The translations under genes were made by a program, and so were the position numbers. Positions 14,500-26,052 of a stretch of DNA of 64,000 bases are shown one piece after another. Origin of the DNA: the human T2T-CHM13v2.0 reference genome, Homo sapiens; assembly GCF_009914755.1 (NCBI RefSeq), contig NC_060946.1. One strand, written 5' to 3'. Each line of letters opens with the position of its first letter. Position 1 is the stretch's first letter. A model generated the notes under the pieces. It ran no database searches. It was given only the letters and a program-made list of their open reading frames with translations, and was not told the origin of the DNA.

Positions 14500-15141
14500 T
14501 GTTAGAGGCGTTCGAACCAGAGTAAGTCCATCTTTAATAGGGGCTGGGTAAAATGAGGCTGAGACCTGTTGGGCTGCATTGCCAAGAGATGAGGCATTCT
14601 TAGTCACAGGATGAGAGAGGAGGTTGGCAGGATTGGTGTCACAAGATACAAGTCATGAAGATCCTGCTGATAAGACAGGAGGCAGAAAAGAAGCCAGCCA
14701 AAACCCATAAAAACCAAGATGGTGATGAAAGTGACTTCTGGTTGTCCTCACTGCTCATTATATGCTAATTACAAGGCATTGGCATGCTAAAAGACACTTT
14801 CACCAGCACCATGACAGTTTACAAATGCCATGGCAATGTCCTGAAGTTACACTATGTGGTCTAAAAGTGGGAGGAACCCTCAGTTCCAGGAATTGCCCAC
14901 CCCTTTCTTTAAAAAGTCATGAATATCCACCCCATTGTTTAGCATAAACAAGAAATGACTAAAAGTATACTCAGTCGAGCAGTTCATGCTGCTACTCTGT
15001 CTATGGAGTAGCCATACTTTTATTCTTTTACTTTCTTAATAAACTTGCTTTCACTTTATGGACTCGCCCCGAATGCTTTCCTGCACCAACAAGATCCCAG
15101 AACCTCCTCTTGGGGTCTGGATTGGGACCTTTCTGGTAACG
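14500..15141 (+). mobile_element. MER41B solo LTR (ERV1)
   Basis: 'tgttagaggcgttcgaaccagag...gaggaaccctcagttccaggaattgccc...ttgggacctttctggtaac'; 4-bp TSD GCTG/GTTG. Confidence 0.9.
14884..14892 (+). promoter_or_regulatory. STAT GAS motif TTCCAGGAA inside MER41B
   Basis: Exact TTCN3GAA at the position of the first MER41B GAS; the second site has decayed to TTCTTTAAA (14905-14913). Motif only, no evidence of activity. Confidence 0.5.
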
Positions 15142-15637
15142 GTTGTAAAACATGGCCACAAAAATTTTTGATGCTCCTCTCAATAAGAGATGAGTCCAGG
15201 TTTTCTCCCTTTTCTTCTATGCTGTGTGACTTTCTCAATTGAATGTAGTGGAAGTGTTGCTGTTCCAGTTTCCAGGTCCAGACCTTAAAAACTGGTCCAC
15301 TTCCTATATCGTGGTACACTTATTCCTGGACCCAGCCACCATGCTCTGAGGAAGCCCAAGCCACAAGGAGAGCCCATAAGTACATGTTTTGGACTGGCAG
15401 TCTCAGCTGAAGTCCCAGTCAACAGCCAAAATTAACACTAGACATGGGACTGTGGGATCCTTTGAGATAGCTTCATTCTCTGTGCTGACTATAACCACAT
15501 GAGAAACCCTGAGCTAGAACCACCTAGCCAAATCATCCCCCAGACCTGCAAAAGATAATAAGAATTAAATGGTTGTTATTGCTATAAACCACCATGCTTT
15601 GGGATGACTCATTACTCAGCAATAAACAACTGGAACA
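15142..15637 (+). mobile_element. MLT1G/H-type LTR (MaLR), 5' end interrupted by MER41B
   Basis: 'catggccacaaaaatttttgatgctcctc', 'cccagccaccatgctctgaggaagcccaag', ends 'gcaataaacaactggaaca'. Confidence 0.75.
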
Positions 15638-15699
15638 GATTTTGTGAGAAGACTCAGCTATGACACTAACCTGGTTAAATCTTACAGGCTGGGGTAATG

Positions 15700-16492
15700 T
15701 CCCCCAAAATGTTATAGTGCATGCCCTCAATCACTATCCAACATATGGTGTGTTTCCCATAGCCTGGATCACAGATCTGAGAATCAAGAGATAGAAACGA
15801 GAGTGGCTTCTTCCCTCATAGTACCTAGCAATCCACCAGTGATATTTTTGCTTTTCATCCTTGCAACTTTGGTCTAGAGGTCTTAGGGAGGGATAGGTTC
15901 TGCCATTGGGACACAGTGATGATTTGATTAAACTGGAAGTCAAGACTTCCATTCGGCCACTTTAAGTCTCTCATGTCTGTGCTCAACAGGCAAAGAAAGG
16001 GTTTACTGTACCAACCCAGGTGATTGATCCTGACTATTCAGAGGAAATTAGATTGTTGTTACACAGTCGGGATAAGGAGGAGTACGTCCAGAAGGAGATG
16101 ATACCCTGACGTGCCTCTGAGCACTCTCATGTCCTGTGGTTAAAGTCAAATGAAAAACTACAACCCAATACCTGTAGAACTGCCAATGACCCAGACCTTT
16201 CAGGAATAAACTTTAGGGTAACCCACCAGGCACAGAACCAAAAGAAGCCAATCTGCTTGCAGAGCGCAAAGGGAATGTAAAATTTATGTAGTAAAAGGAA
16301 GTTAAAAATAAGAGCTAAGGATACAACAAGTTACAGAAACAAAAACTGTAATAGTTACGAGATTTTTTTTGGTTAAATATAAAGGATATTTGCTTTTACA
16401 TTAGGTGAAAAAATAGTCTGCATTATTTTTGTTGAGAAGTTCAAAATGGCTAAAGGACATATAAATGGATGCCAAGTTGTCAAAGAGGAGTA
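15700..16492 (+). pseudogene. ERVL internal 3' fragment with dUTPase fossil and polypurine tract
   Basis: 16020-16064 translates VIDPDYSEEIRLLLH (dUTPase motif 3, GVIDxDYxGEI); ends 'gccaagttgtcaaagaggagta' directly before an LTR. Confidence 0.8.
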
Positions 16493-17040
16493 TGTGGGCT
16501 TTGAACTGTGTTGACCTAGCTAAGCTGGAACTAGTCTTCTCAGAATTTCCGGAATTCCCTGTATAGCTTCAGGATACATTGACCATAAGAGACATTTTGA
16601 ATGAGATTAGGAAGGTGGTAGGGAAAAAAATAGCACCTTTTTTTTTCTTCTTCCTGATGGTTGATATAGAGTCCAGGTGCTATTACCACTCACACATATG
16701 CTGCCACTGTCCTGCTAGCTCGCTCTGATGACATCGCAGCAGCAACTCTCACTCCTATTGGATCTTCTTCTTTAGTTACTTCAGATTTGGGGCCAGTGTG
16801 TGCAACTTCATGGCAAAAGGTGTCAGCTTCTCCTGCTGGTCACGAACATCATTGGTATCCCTGACTCCATGTCCATCTTTCTTCCCAATTGCCTGTTCTG
16901 CTGAATTCAGATATAGAAGCAACAGCCTTGAATAGACAGCTTAACTAGTTCTCACATTTGGGCAAGGTCAAGCCCTCAGAATAAATGCCTTGCCTATATA
17001 ATTTGCAGTGTTTCTTCTTCTCTGATCCAGCCCTAACTTG
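16493..17040 (+). mobile_element. MLT2F-like LTR (3' LTR of the ERVL fragment)
   Basis: 'tgtgggctttgaactgtgttgacctagctaagctggaact' start directly after the PPT; AATAAA near 16980; ends 'ttctctgatccagccctaact'. Confidence 0.72.
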
Positions 17041-17064
17041 GGGGCCTATGTGACCCCTTTCTCA

Positions 17065-17492
17065 TGATGCTCCCCCAACACTGGCCTTCTTTCTACCCCC
17101 AGAGCATACCAAGCTTATCCCAACCGAGGACAATTAACATTTACAGTTCCCATGCCTGAAGCCTCTTTCCCAGATAGCCTCATGCCTGGCCCCTTCTCAT
17201 CAAGCATTCTCAGCTCAAATGTCACCTCTACCATGTGTCTTTCTCTGACCACAGCATCTAAAATAGACCTGTAGTCATTCTTAATCACATCGCACCATTT
17301 ATTGTTTCCATGGCACCAATCACTCTCTGAAATTACATTTTTGTTTGTATAATTACTAGTTATCTATCTTCGGAAGCTTTTTGAGGGCATGCATTTTACT
17401 TATCTTCTTAACCTCTGTGTCCCCATGCCCATTGCAGAGCCTGGCACTGAAAAGGTGACAACACATCAACACATACTTGTAGAATGAATAAA
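17065..17492 (+). mobile_element. L2 3' fragment
   Basis: 'tctcagctcaaatgtcacctct', 'cagagcctggcac...atacttgtagaatgaata' L2 3' terminus. Confidence 0.75.
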
Positions 17493-18185
17493 AGACCTTG
17501 TTCAAGCTACTTACCTCTTGGACCCTAAGAGCCCTGATCTGTCTGTGACATAACCTGGCCTTTCTCAAAGAGCCGTTGAGAGGGTTAGCTGAGCCTGCAG
17601 ATGAAAAAAGCCTGAAGTGCTTCACGAAGAGTTGGCTCTCAGAGCTTCAGTCACCTTCCCGGCATCCATTGCTAGGAGCCTCAGAGGGGACCTGGGGGCC
17701 AAGCCAGAATTGTTAGGGTAGAATCAGATCTCTAGGACTCCTGGATGCCAAAAGGATATTTTTACTTGTGTCTTCACAAGATGCCAGACTCTCCCTCTGC
17801 TAATAGCTCTGGTGTGCTATGTGCCATCATCTTAAAAAACACTTTCACAGCTTCCATCCTGGTAATTCTTATTTCTCAGCCTTTTGCTTTCCTATCCACC
17901 CACAGAGCCAGTAACAATCCCCCAGCCTCTGCCTAGTGCCCACTGAATCACACTGACATTGGCATCTAATTGATTTCTTTCAATCTGTGGATGAAATGAA
18001 ACATTGTTTTCATCTAGCCTGGAAGGAAGGTGGGTACTGAGGAGGCGATGTCGGAGGATTTCTGGAGGAAAATTCAGTAATTCTGCATATCAATAAAATC
18101 CAAACAGGACAGTGAGTCCAGCTTATATATCCTAAGTGTGGATCTTACAAAATTAAAGCTAAAAATTCCCAAGCAGGTGTGTGGG

Positions 18186-18853
18186 TGAAAAGTAAGAAGC
18201 CAGACAGTGATAACACAATTCATTTTCAACTCCTAATAGGAGAAGTGATGAACTTTATTCACCTCCCAAGCTGCATGGGGCATGTATTGGACCACAAAGT
18301 AGAATAAGTGGCTCTATCAGAAGTGCCCTTCCTCCCTTAGTGCTCATGCCACACTCATGGAGTGTATTCAGTGTAACCTGAGAGATTGCCCCAGGATGGA
18401 GGCAAAAGACCATTTTGGCCACAGTTTTTCTGGAAGACAGGTGAAAATGGTCTACAGAGACAACATTGAAACACATACAAGATTTCTTTTGCCATTTTCT
18501 TGCTTTGGGGAGTAAAGTCTTTGCCTCCTTGACAGAGAAAATTTTGCCCCTCCAATTCCTTCCTTCCTTCATTCTCTCACCAAATATTTATTGCTAAACA
18601 GTGTTCTAGGCATCAGGGCTTAGCAACTGTCTGTCCTGGGGACATTCACACTTACATGTAGAAAAAGAGACAAGTCAGCAGTCCATTTCATTGCAGTGTA
18701 ACAGGTTTTGAGATGGAGGGAACAGAGTCCTGCAGGGGTACTATGATGGGACACCCAATCCAGGTGGCTGAAGAGTAAGAAGCAAGACAGTGATAACACA
18801 ATTCATTTTCATCTCTTAATTTGGGATGTGATGAATTTTATCCACCTCCCAAG
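18186..18853 (+). repeat. Dispersed 85-bp direct repeat (18186-18270 and 18769-18853)
   Basis: Ungapped hand alignment 75/85 identical; offset 583 bp. Confidence 0.9.
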
Positions 18854-19267
18854 GATGGAGTGCTCCAGAGAATGGGGATTTCAGGGAGGAATTTTCTCAG
18901 AAGGCCTGTTCAGGTAGGACTTAAAAGAACAGGAGATATATGTCAAGAATACAGAATAATCCTCAGCATCCATGAGGCAAAGCATTTTTCATGGTCAAGG
19001 CCAGCTGTACAAATAAGATATTGCCCTCCCACTGCTTCTCATCCTAAGACCCAACCCCTTAACACAGCAGATCAGACCCTGCACTATCTGATCCCCATAA
19101 GGGGGCCCACAGTTATACCACATTCGACCTCCCCATCCCTGAGGCTTTGACCTCACTTGCTTTCCTCTCCCACACACCTTCCCAGTCACACTCTTCCCCC
19201 TCTCTGGACCACTTTCTTTGCCTAATCTCCCTTTTCACTCTCCAGCTCTTAGCTCAGGAGAGCCATT

Positions 19268-19706
19268 TGTAGTGGGTTGAATCATGTCCCCCAAAACTCA
19301 TGTCCATGTGAAACCTCAGAATGAGATCTTATTTGGAAATAGGGTCTTTGCAGATGTAATTAATTAAGATCATACTAAATTAGAATATGCCCTAAATCGA
19401 ATGATTGATGCCCTTATAAAAAAAAAGAGTACAGAATGCACAAGATACACACAGGCACAAATGCCAAGTGACAGCAGAAGCAGAGATCTAAGTGATGCAG
19501 CTATAAGGCAAGAAACAGCAAAGCTGGCTGGCAATTACAAGGATTTAGGAAGAGGCATCTCCCCTGGAGCCTCGAAGGGAGCATGGCCCTACCAACACCT
19601 TGATTTTTCACTTCTAGCCTTTGGAACTGTGAGACTATACATTTTGGATGTTGTGAGCCACCAGGTTTGTGGTAATTTATTATAACAGACTTAGAAAATG
19701 AATACC
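19268..19706 (+). mobile_element. MLT1C-like LTR (MaLR) inserted in L2
   Basis: 'tgtagtgggttgaatcatgtcccccaaaactcatgtcc...gaagggagcatggccctaccaacaccttgatttt...aaatgaatac'. Confidence 0.85.
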
Positions 19707-20207
19707 TCTTTTCCTGACCCATGCTATCCCACCCCAGCTTGTTCAGAAACATCCCACCTCTGTCCATATACACACACACCACTTTTATACTCTTCTGGCA
19801 ATCTGAACTTTTCTCAGATATCCCTTATCAAAGTTTGTAATTACATAGTTATTTTTGTAATTTTTTCATTGTTTGTCTCTTCTACTAAATTATAAACTCT
19901 ATTTTTGGTAGGGAATCTTATTTGTTTTAAAACACCTTCAAATCATCAGAGCTTAACATGATGTAGGTCCTCAATAAATCTAAGTCTATTCATTAAATAA
20001 TTATCGATCTATCCCTACAAATGTGAATAACCACAAGAAATAAATTAAGTAAGTGCCAAAAGAATGGAAGAGAAGGGTGGGAACAGGAGCAGAAGAGAGA
20101 GAACCTGATAGTATGAAATTAACAGAGAAGGTTCTGAGAAATTAGGAGACTTGCATTATTGTATCTTAAGTGGATTTCAGCGAAGACTCAAAGGCATGTG
20201 CTTAAAA

Positions 20208-20795
20208 ACAGTGGCTTTTCAAACTCTTTTAACCATGACCCCAGTAAGACATACATCTTAGTCATGACCCAGTGCATGTATTAATAGACGGATTTCATGA
20301 AAGAGTAGTTTAATGAAGCAGTTCTTCCTCCCACTATGTGAATGTGCCCCATTGCTTTCTGTTCTACTCTATTCTGTGCCTTGCTATGTCTTTCTTCCTC
20401 TCCTCCTCCTCTTCCTCCTCCTCCTCATTCTCTTCCTCCTCCTCCTCATTCTCTTCCTCCTCCTCCTCATTCTCTTCCTCCTCCTCCTCCTCATTCTCTT
20501 CCTCCTCCTCCTTCTTCTCCTCCTACTTCTCCTTCTCTCCCTCCTCTTTCTCTTCCTCCTCCTCTTCTTCCTCCTCCTCCTCCTCTTCCTCCTCCTCCTC
20601 CCCCTCTTCCTCCTCCTCCTCCTCCATCTCCTCCTCCTCCATCTCCTCCTCCTCCATCTCCTCCTCTTCCTCCTCCTCCTCCTCCTCCTCCTCCTTCTCC
20701 TCCTCCTTTTGCTGCTGCTGTTTGCACAGAAAACATTAAATTCACTTCACAGACAACCAATGGGCTGTGACTGCAAGTTCTGGACTAAAAGCTCC
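20208..20795 (+). mobile_element. MER112-like hAT-Charlie element, split by a (TCC)n expansion
   Basis: 'cagtggcttttcaaactctttt aaccatgaccccagtaag' 5' end; 'taaattcacttcacagacaaccaatgggctgtgactgcaagtt' 3' end. Confidence 0.55.
20388..20710. repeat. About 320-bp (TCC)n/(TCT) polypyrimidine tract with higher-order units
   Basis: Almost pure C/T on the + strand; recurring 'tcctcctcctcctcattctct' and 'ctccatctcctcctc' units. Confidence 0.97.
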
Positions 20796-21705
20796 ACAGG
20801 TGCAGAAGTCACAATTGTGTTGTTCACACCTCTATTCCTAGAACTTAGTGCAATCCCTGGCAAGGTCGTTAGTTGATAAAACCTTGTTGAATATATGAAA
20901 AATCAATATGTTAATAGTTTCATCTTGTGGTGTCTCTTAACAAGTTCTCTCTTTTCACATCTGAAGCTATAAGATCATTCTTTTCTCTGAACCTTTCAAA
21001 ATATACTGTTTTCAAGGCTATGTAAGGTAGATTGTATTTCATGATGTTCAGTGTTCCTGGCCATACCATTAAACACTCAGTAATTTCTATGTGCTAAAAG
21101 GCAAATCTAATAATTTGATTCCTCCATTTAAAATTCTTCTCTTTATTTGATTTTATAACTAACATTTGTCTAACACATGCCGCATGTATGAAGGCAGATA
21201 CTCTACAGGTTTATATTTTCATCCTTACCTTGGGGTTCTTCCTTTATCTCTCTTAATTCAACTTCACCAAGTAGTTTATCATTCCCTTAAATACACCATG
21301 ACACTTTTACATGTCCCCTTGCCTCTCCTAAAGCTGGCCTCTCTGCTTGGAATTCTTGGAAAGTTTCTTGTCTATCTTACTTGGTTGAAGTACAAACTCC
21401 TATACATTCTAACAGACGATATCCAAGTGGAACCAGCCCTCTAGCTAATGCCACCATGCACACATAACTCTCTATATATAACTTCACAATTTGAACACAT
21501 AAATATAATTTCTTATGTTACTTTTTAGTTATATTTTGTTAGCTATTTTCTCCCTCCTGTGAACTCCTTGAGAACACAAATGAATGAAATGCTATTAATC
21601 TTTATTTTGTAACTCTGGCACTGAACATACAGTAAGCGTGGAGGGAAGATAGAAGAAAGGGAGGTAAGGAAGAGAGGAAGGCCCCTCCACTTTCTTATCA
21701 CTACC

Positions 21706-22166
21706 CTGTTCCATTAGTCTATGTATCTGTTTTTGTACCAGTATCATGCTGTTTTTGTTACAGTAGCCTTATAATATAGTATGAAGTCAGTTAACTGATG
21801 CCTCCAGTTTTGCTCTTTTTTGCTTAAGATTGCCTTGGCTATTCAGGCTTTCTTTTGGTTCCATGTGAAGTTTAAATTTTTTTTTCTAATTCTGTGAAGA
21901 ATGTCGTCGGGAGTTTGATAGGAATAGCATTGAATCTGTAAATTTCTTTGGCCAGTATGGCCATTTAAACAATATTTATCCTTCCTATCCATAAGCGTGG
22001 AATTTTTAAAATTTATTTGTGTTATCTCTGATTTTTTGAGCAGAGTTTTGTAACTCTAATTGTAGAGATCTTTTACCTTTCTGCTTAGCTGAATTCCTAG
22101 GTATTTTATTGTTTTGTGGCTATTGTGAATGCGATTGCATTACTGATTTGACTCTCAACTTGGACT
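21706..22166 (-). mobile_element. Old primate L1 (L1PB/late L1PA) ORF2 segment, non-inverted part
   Basis: Antisense ORF2 from about ESQI...KYLGIQL to YWY...IDQWNR; no 3'UTR or poly(A) follows. Confidence 0.85.
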
Positions 22167-23598
22167 GAAAATTCAACAACCTGCTCCTGAATTACTTTTG
22201 GATAAACAATAAAATTAAAGCAGAAATCAAGAAATTCTTTGAAACTATTGAGAACAAAGATACAACATAACAGAATCTCTGGGACACAGCTAAAGCAGTA
22301 TGAGAGAGAAGTTAATAGCCCTAAATGCCCACATCAAAAAGGTAGAAAGATTTCATATTAACTAGCTAACGTCACATCTAGAGAAACTAGAGAAACAAGT
22401 GCAAATCAGCCCCAAAGCTGGCAGAAGGCAAGAAATAACCAAAATCAGAGCTGAACTGAAGGAAACTGAGATGCAAAAAAACATACAAAAGATCAGCGAA
22501 ACCAGGTGTTGGTTCTTTGAAAGAATAAATAAGATAGATAGACTGCTAACTAGAATAATAGAGGGAAAAAAGAAGAGCCACATAAACACAAACAGAAAGG
22601 ACAGAGAGGACTTTACCACCAAATCCACAAAAATACAGAAAATTGTCAGAGACTACTACAAACATCTTTATGCAAACAAACTAGAAAACCTAGAAGAAAT
22701 GGATGAATTCCTGGAAACATGCAACCTCTCAAGATTGAACCAGGAATAAATTGAATCCCTGAACAGATCAATAACAAATTCCAAAATTGAATCAGTAATG
22801 AAAAGCCTAGCGACCAGAAAAAGCCCAGGACCAGACAGATTAACTGCTGAATTCTACCAGACATACAAAGAAGAGCTGGTACCATTCCTACTGAAACTGT
22901 TTGAAAATATTGAGGAGGAGGGACTCCTCCCTAACTCATTCTATGAGGCAAACATCATCCTAATACCAAAACCTGGCAGAGACACAACAAAAAGAGAAAA
23001 TTTTAGGCCAATATCTTTAATTAATGTAGATGCAAAAACGTCAGCAAAATACTGGCAAGTTGAATCCAGCAGCACATCAAAAAGCTTATCCATCACGATC
23101 AAGTAGGCTTTATCCCTGGGATGCAAGGTTGGTTCAACATACAGAAATTAATAAATGTGATTAATCACATAAACAGAATTTTTAGAAAACCACATGATCA
23201 TCTCAATAGATGCAGAAAAGGCTTTTGACAAAATTCAACATCCCCGCATGTTAAAAATCCTTAAAAATACCTAGGCATTGAAGGAACATACCTCAAAATA
23301 ATAAGAGTCATCTGTAACAAACCCACAGCCCACATCTTACTGAATGAGCAAAAGCTGGTAGCATTCTCCTTGAGAACCAAAACAAGAAAAGGATGCCCAC
23401 TCTCACCACTCCTATTCATAGTCCTGGAAGTCCTAGGCAGAGCATTCAGGCAAGAGAAAGAAATAAATGGCATCCAAATAGGAAGAAAAGACAAACTATT
23501 TCCATTTTCAGATGATATGATTCTATATCTAGAAAGTCCTGTAATCTCTGCCCCCAGAGCTCCTAGATCTGACAAACAATTTCAGCAATGTTTCAGGC
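22167..23598 (+). mobile_element. Inverted 5' segment of the same L1 (ORF2 Z/RT region, frameshifted)
   Basis: ORF track 22399-22749, 22798-23106 and 23370-23627 give ORF2 peptides ([34 protein letters not shown]); ends at about FSKVSGY. Confidence 0.92.
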
Positions 23599-24113
23599 TA
23601 GAAAAACAATTGCTTCCTTGGAAATGAAAGAATTTGAGTAGAGAATTTCAAACTCAAAATAACAAAGCTACATTTTCTCCAAAATTTTTGGAAATAAAGA
23701 TGTTTGAAATAACCTAAAGTTGTTCATGTAATAACAAGCTAAAAATAATAAATTGGTTAAAAAGTGCTTGAAAACCAAAACTCAACACAGATCTGTTTGC
23801 CCTTCAATTGACACATAGTCTCTATTATCACCCTTGACCATGAACTTGCAGTTTTGCATGTAGCATATACCTGAGTAAACTAAAAGATCAAAAATCAAAA
23901 GAGTTTAAAAAAGGAAACTCAGTAATTTTTATTTTTACTATACATTACTAACTCCCACATGTATGATAACCAATAGGGGTCTATGTAATGCAAACTGTAT
24001 ATCTCATTAACTAATTAATTAATGGTTTTACAGCCAATTTGCATCTTGACAATGCCTGTTGTATGAGAAGACTAGAATTCAGTATGATAGTACCCTTGCT
24101 TCAATGTGCAGAT

Positions 24114-24404
24114 TTGAACTTCTCCACACCAGTGTACATTATCTAGATGGAACTGCTATTCCACAAGTCCATTTTGCAGGTCTGTTTTATTTAAACAAAG
24201 GCACATTCTCACATTATTAGTCATGAGTCCCACCCTTGTGAAGCCCAGTGACCATTAAACTTCTCCACACTGGTGTATATTATCTAGTTGGGAAGTGTTA
24301 TTCCACAAGTTCATTTTGTGGGTCTATTTTTATTTAAACAAGGTACAACCTCACATTTTACAATGTCATGAGCCCCACCCTTGTGAAGCCCAATGACCAT
24401 TGAA
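24114..24404 (+). repeat. Two-copy tandem duplication, 141-145-bp unit
   Basis: 'ttgaacttctccacaccagtg...gaagcccagtgacca' repeated as 'ttaaacttctccacactggtg...gaagcccaatgacca'; TT(G/A)AA at all three borders. Confidence 0.92.
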
Positions 24405-24999
24405 GGGCAGGGCCCCTCTTCTGTCCCCAACTAGCTCTTACAGTCTACCCTTTCCCTTGCCACTAATCCCAAAGCCCCCTCTATCTATGGGGGTCCCTCC
24501 CCTCAAGCCTGATTGAATCTCTCGAGTTCCTCTTCTGGGTTCTTCCAAAGAAAAACTCACAGGCATTTGCCTTTATGATTCTTAGTCATGATGGAAACGA
24601 ATACAAATGGAAATATTCAAGGAATAAGACATTATAGAAGAATATTACAAAAATCCCCAAGTTTTTCAGGTCTCAAAATCATGGTCTTCAGTTCACAACT
24701 TGTTTGCCAAGGTAGTCCTTAGAATCCACAGTAAACTGTTGATCTCCTCTTTAGTTCCTAAGAACATATTCACTCCCCAAATCTTTTCTTTTCTTTTTTT
24801 TTCTTTTCTCTGCCTGTAGTCCTGTAAAAGCCAGCAAGGTGGACCCACAGGTGTGACCTAGTGTACACTGACGTGTTTATTGATATTACTGAGATAACTG
24901 GAATTTCTGTGACCGGACTAGGGGAGACAAAGATGAATCTCACATATTTACCTATTTGGCAAATATTCACTGATCACTGCTCTTTGTTTATCCCATGGT

Positions 25000-25851
25000 C
25001 ATAGGAGGCAAAAGCAGATAGAAGAAAATGTGTTATTCCCTCACAAGGTTCCTAGTTTACTCAAAAAAGATGCTAAATTACTGAGGAAGAATTTAGAATG
25101 CTATTTACATTAATTATAGTATTTATGTAATTATGTAAATATATCTTAAATATATATAAGATATATAAATTATAGTATTTATATATAATATTATATATAA
25201 ATATATAAATAAGTATATATACTTATATATAAGACAGTATATCAGAGTATTTATATAAATATAGTATCTTATATACATATAAGATATATGTGTATATCTA
25301 TTATATAAGTATATCTATTATATAGATGTAATAATAGATATCTGTATTATATACATATATTCATATATCTATTATATACATATATACATATAAATATAGT
25401 ATCTTATATATGTAACATGTATTATATGTATTTATTTATATGTATTATATACATATCAATATAGTATCATATATAAATACTCTTCCAAATTTTTCCTCAG
25501 TTTACCCAAAGAAGCCAAATTACTGAGGAAGAATTTGGAATAGTATTTATATAAATATAGTATCTTATAAACTATCATATGTATATTTGGATGTATCATA
25601 TATATAGTATCTTATAAGTATATATGTATATAAGTATAAAATACATATATAAATATTTATATAAATATAGTATCTTATCTACTTATATGTATATAAATAT
25701 TTCAAATATACATACAAGATAGTATGTAAGATACTATATTTATATAAATACTATTGCAAATTCTTCTCAGTAATTTAGCTTCTTTTTTGGGTAAACTGGG
25801 AACCTTGTGAGGGAATAACACATTTTCTTCTACCTGCTTTTGCCTCCAATG
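25000..25851. repeat. AT-rich inverted repeat: arms of about 125 bp, (TA)-rich spacer with two further partial arm copies
   Basis: 25000-25085 versus the reverse complement of the right arm ending at 25851: 5 mismatches in 86 nt; internal inverted copy about 25465-25500 and direct copy about 25498-25570. Confidence 0.93.
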
Positions 25852-26052
25852 CCCTCCCTGAAGGAGAAGGCATGACATAGGTAATTGATGAGTCTGGGAG
25901 AACACAGTTGCCCTACAGGGCAGATATGCTCACTTGCATGGATGCGATAAGTTCTTAGCCAATCACTAAACTGCTCCATTGCAAAGGGCTACATTTTTTC
26001 CAGAGCTTCTTCTGACTAAATGGATTGAGTTTGCTTTAGGAAGCCCCCACAC

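Noticed and set aside
18186-18270. C/D-box snoRNA reading of the duplicated 85-mer (contains GTGATGA)
   Set aside because: The C-like box is near the 3' end, with no properly placed CTGA D box or terminal stem
20313-20876. ORFs encoding poly-Leu, poly-Ser, extensin-like poly-Pro and poly-Gly proteins
   Set aside because: All are translations of the stop-free (TCC)n tract; there is no gene context
24114-25851. CRISPR-like or other prokaryotic repeat-spacer system
   Set aside because: Only 2-4 irregular diverged copies, no constant-length spacers and no cas genes; the DNA is clearly primate
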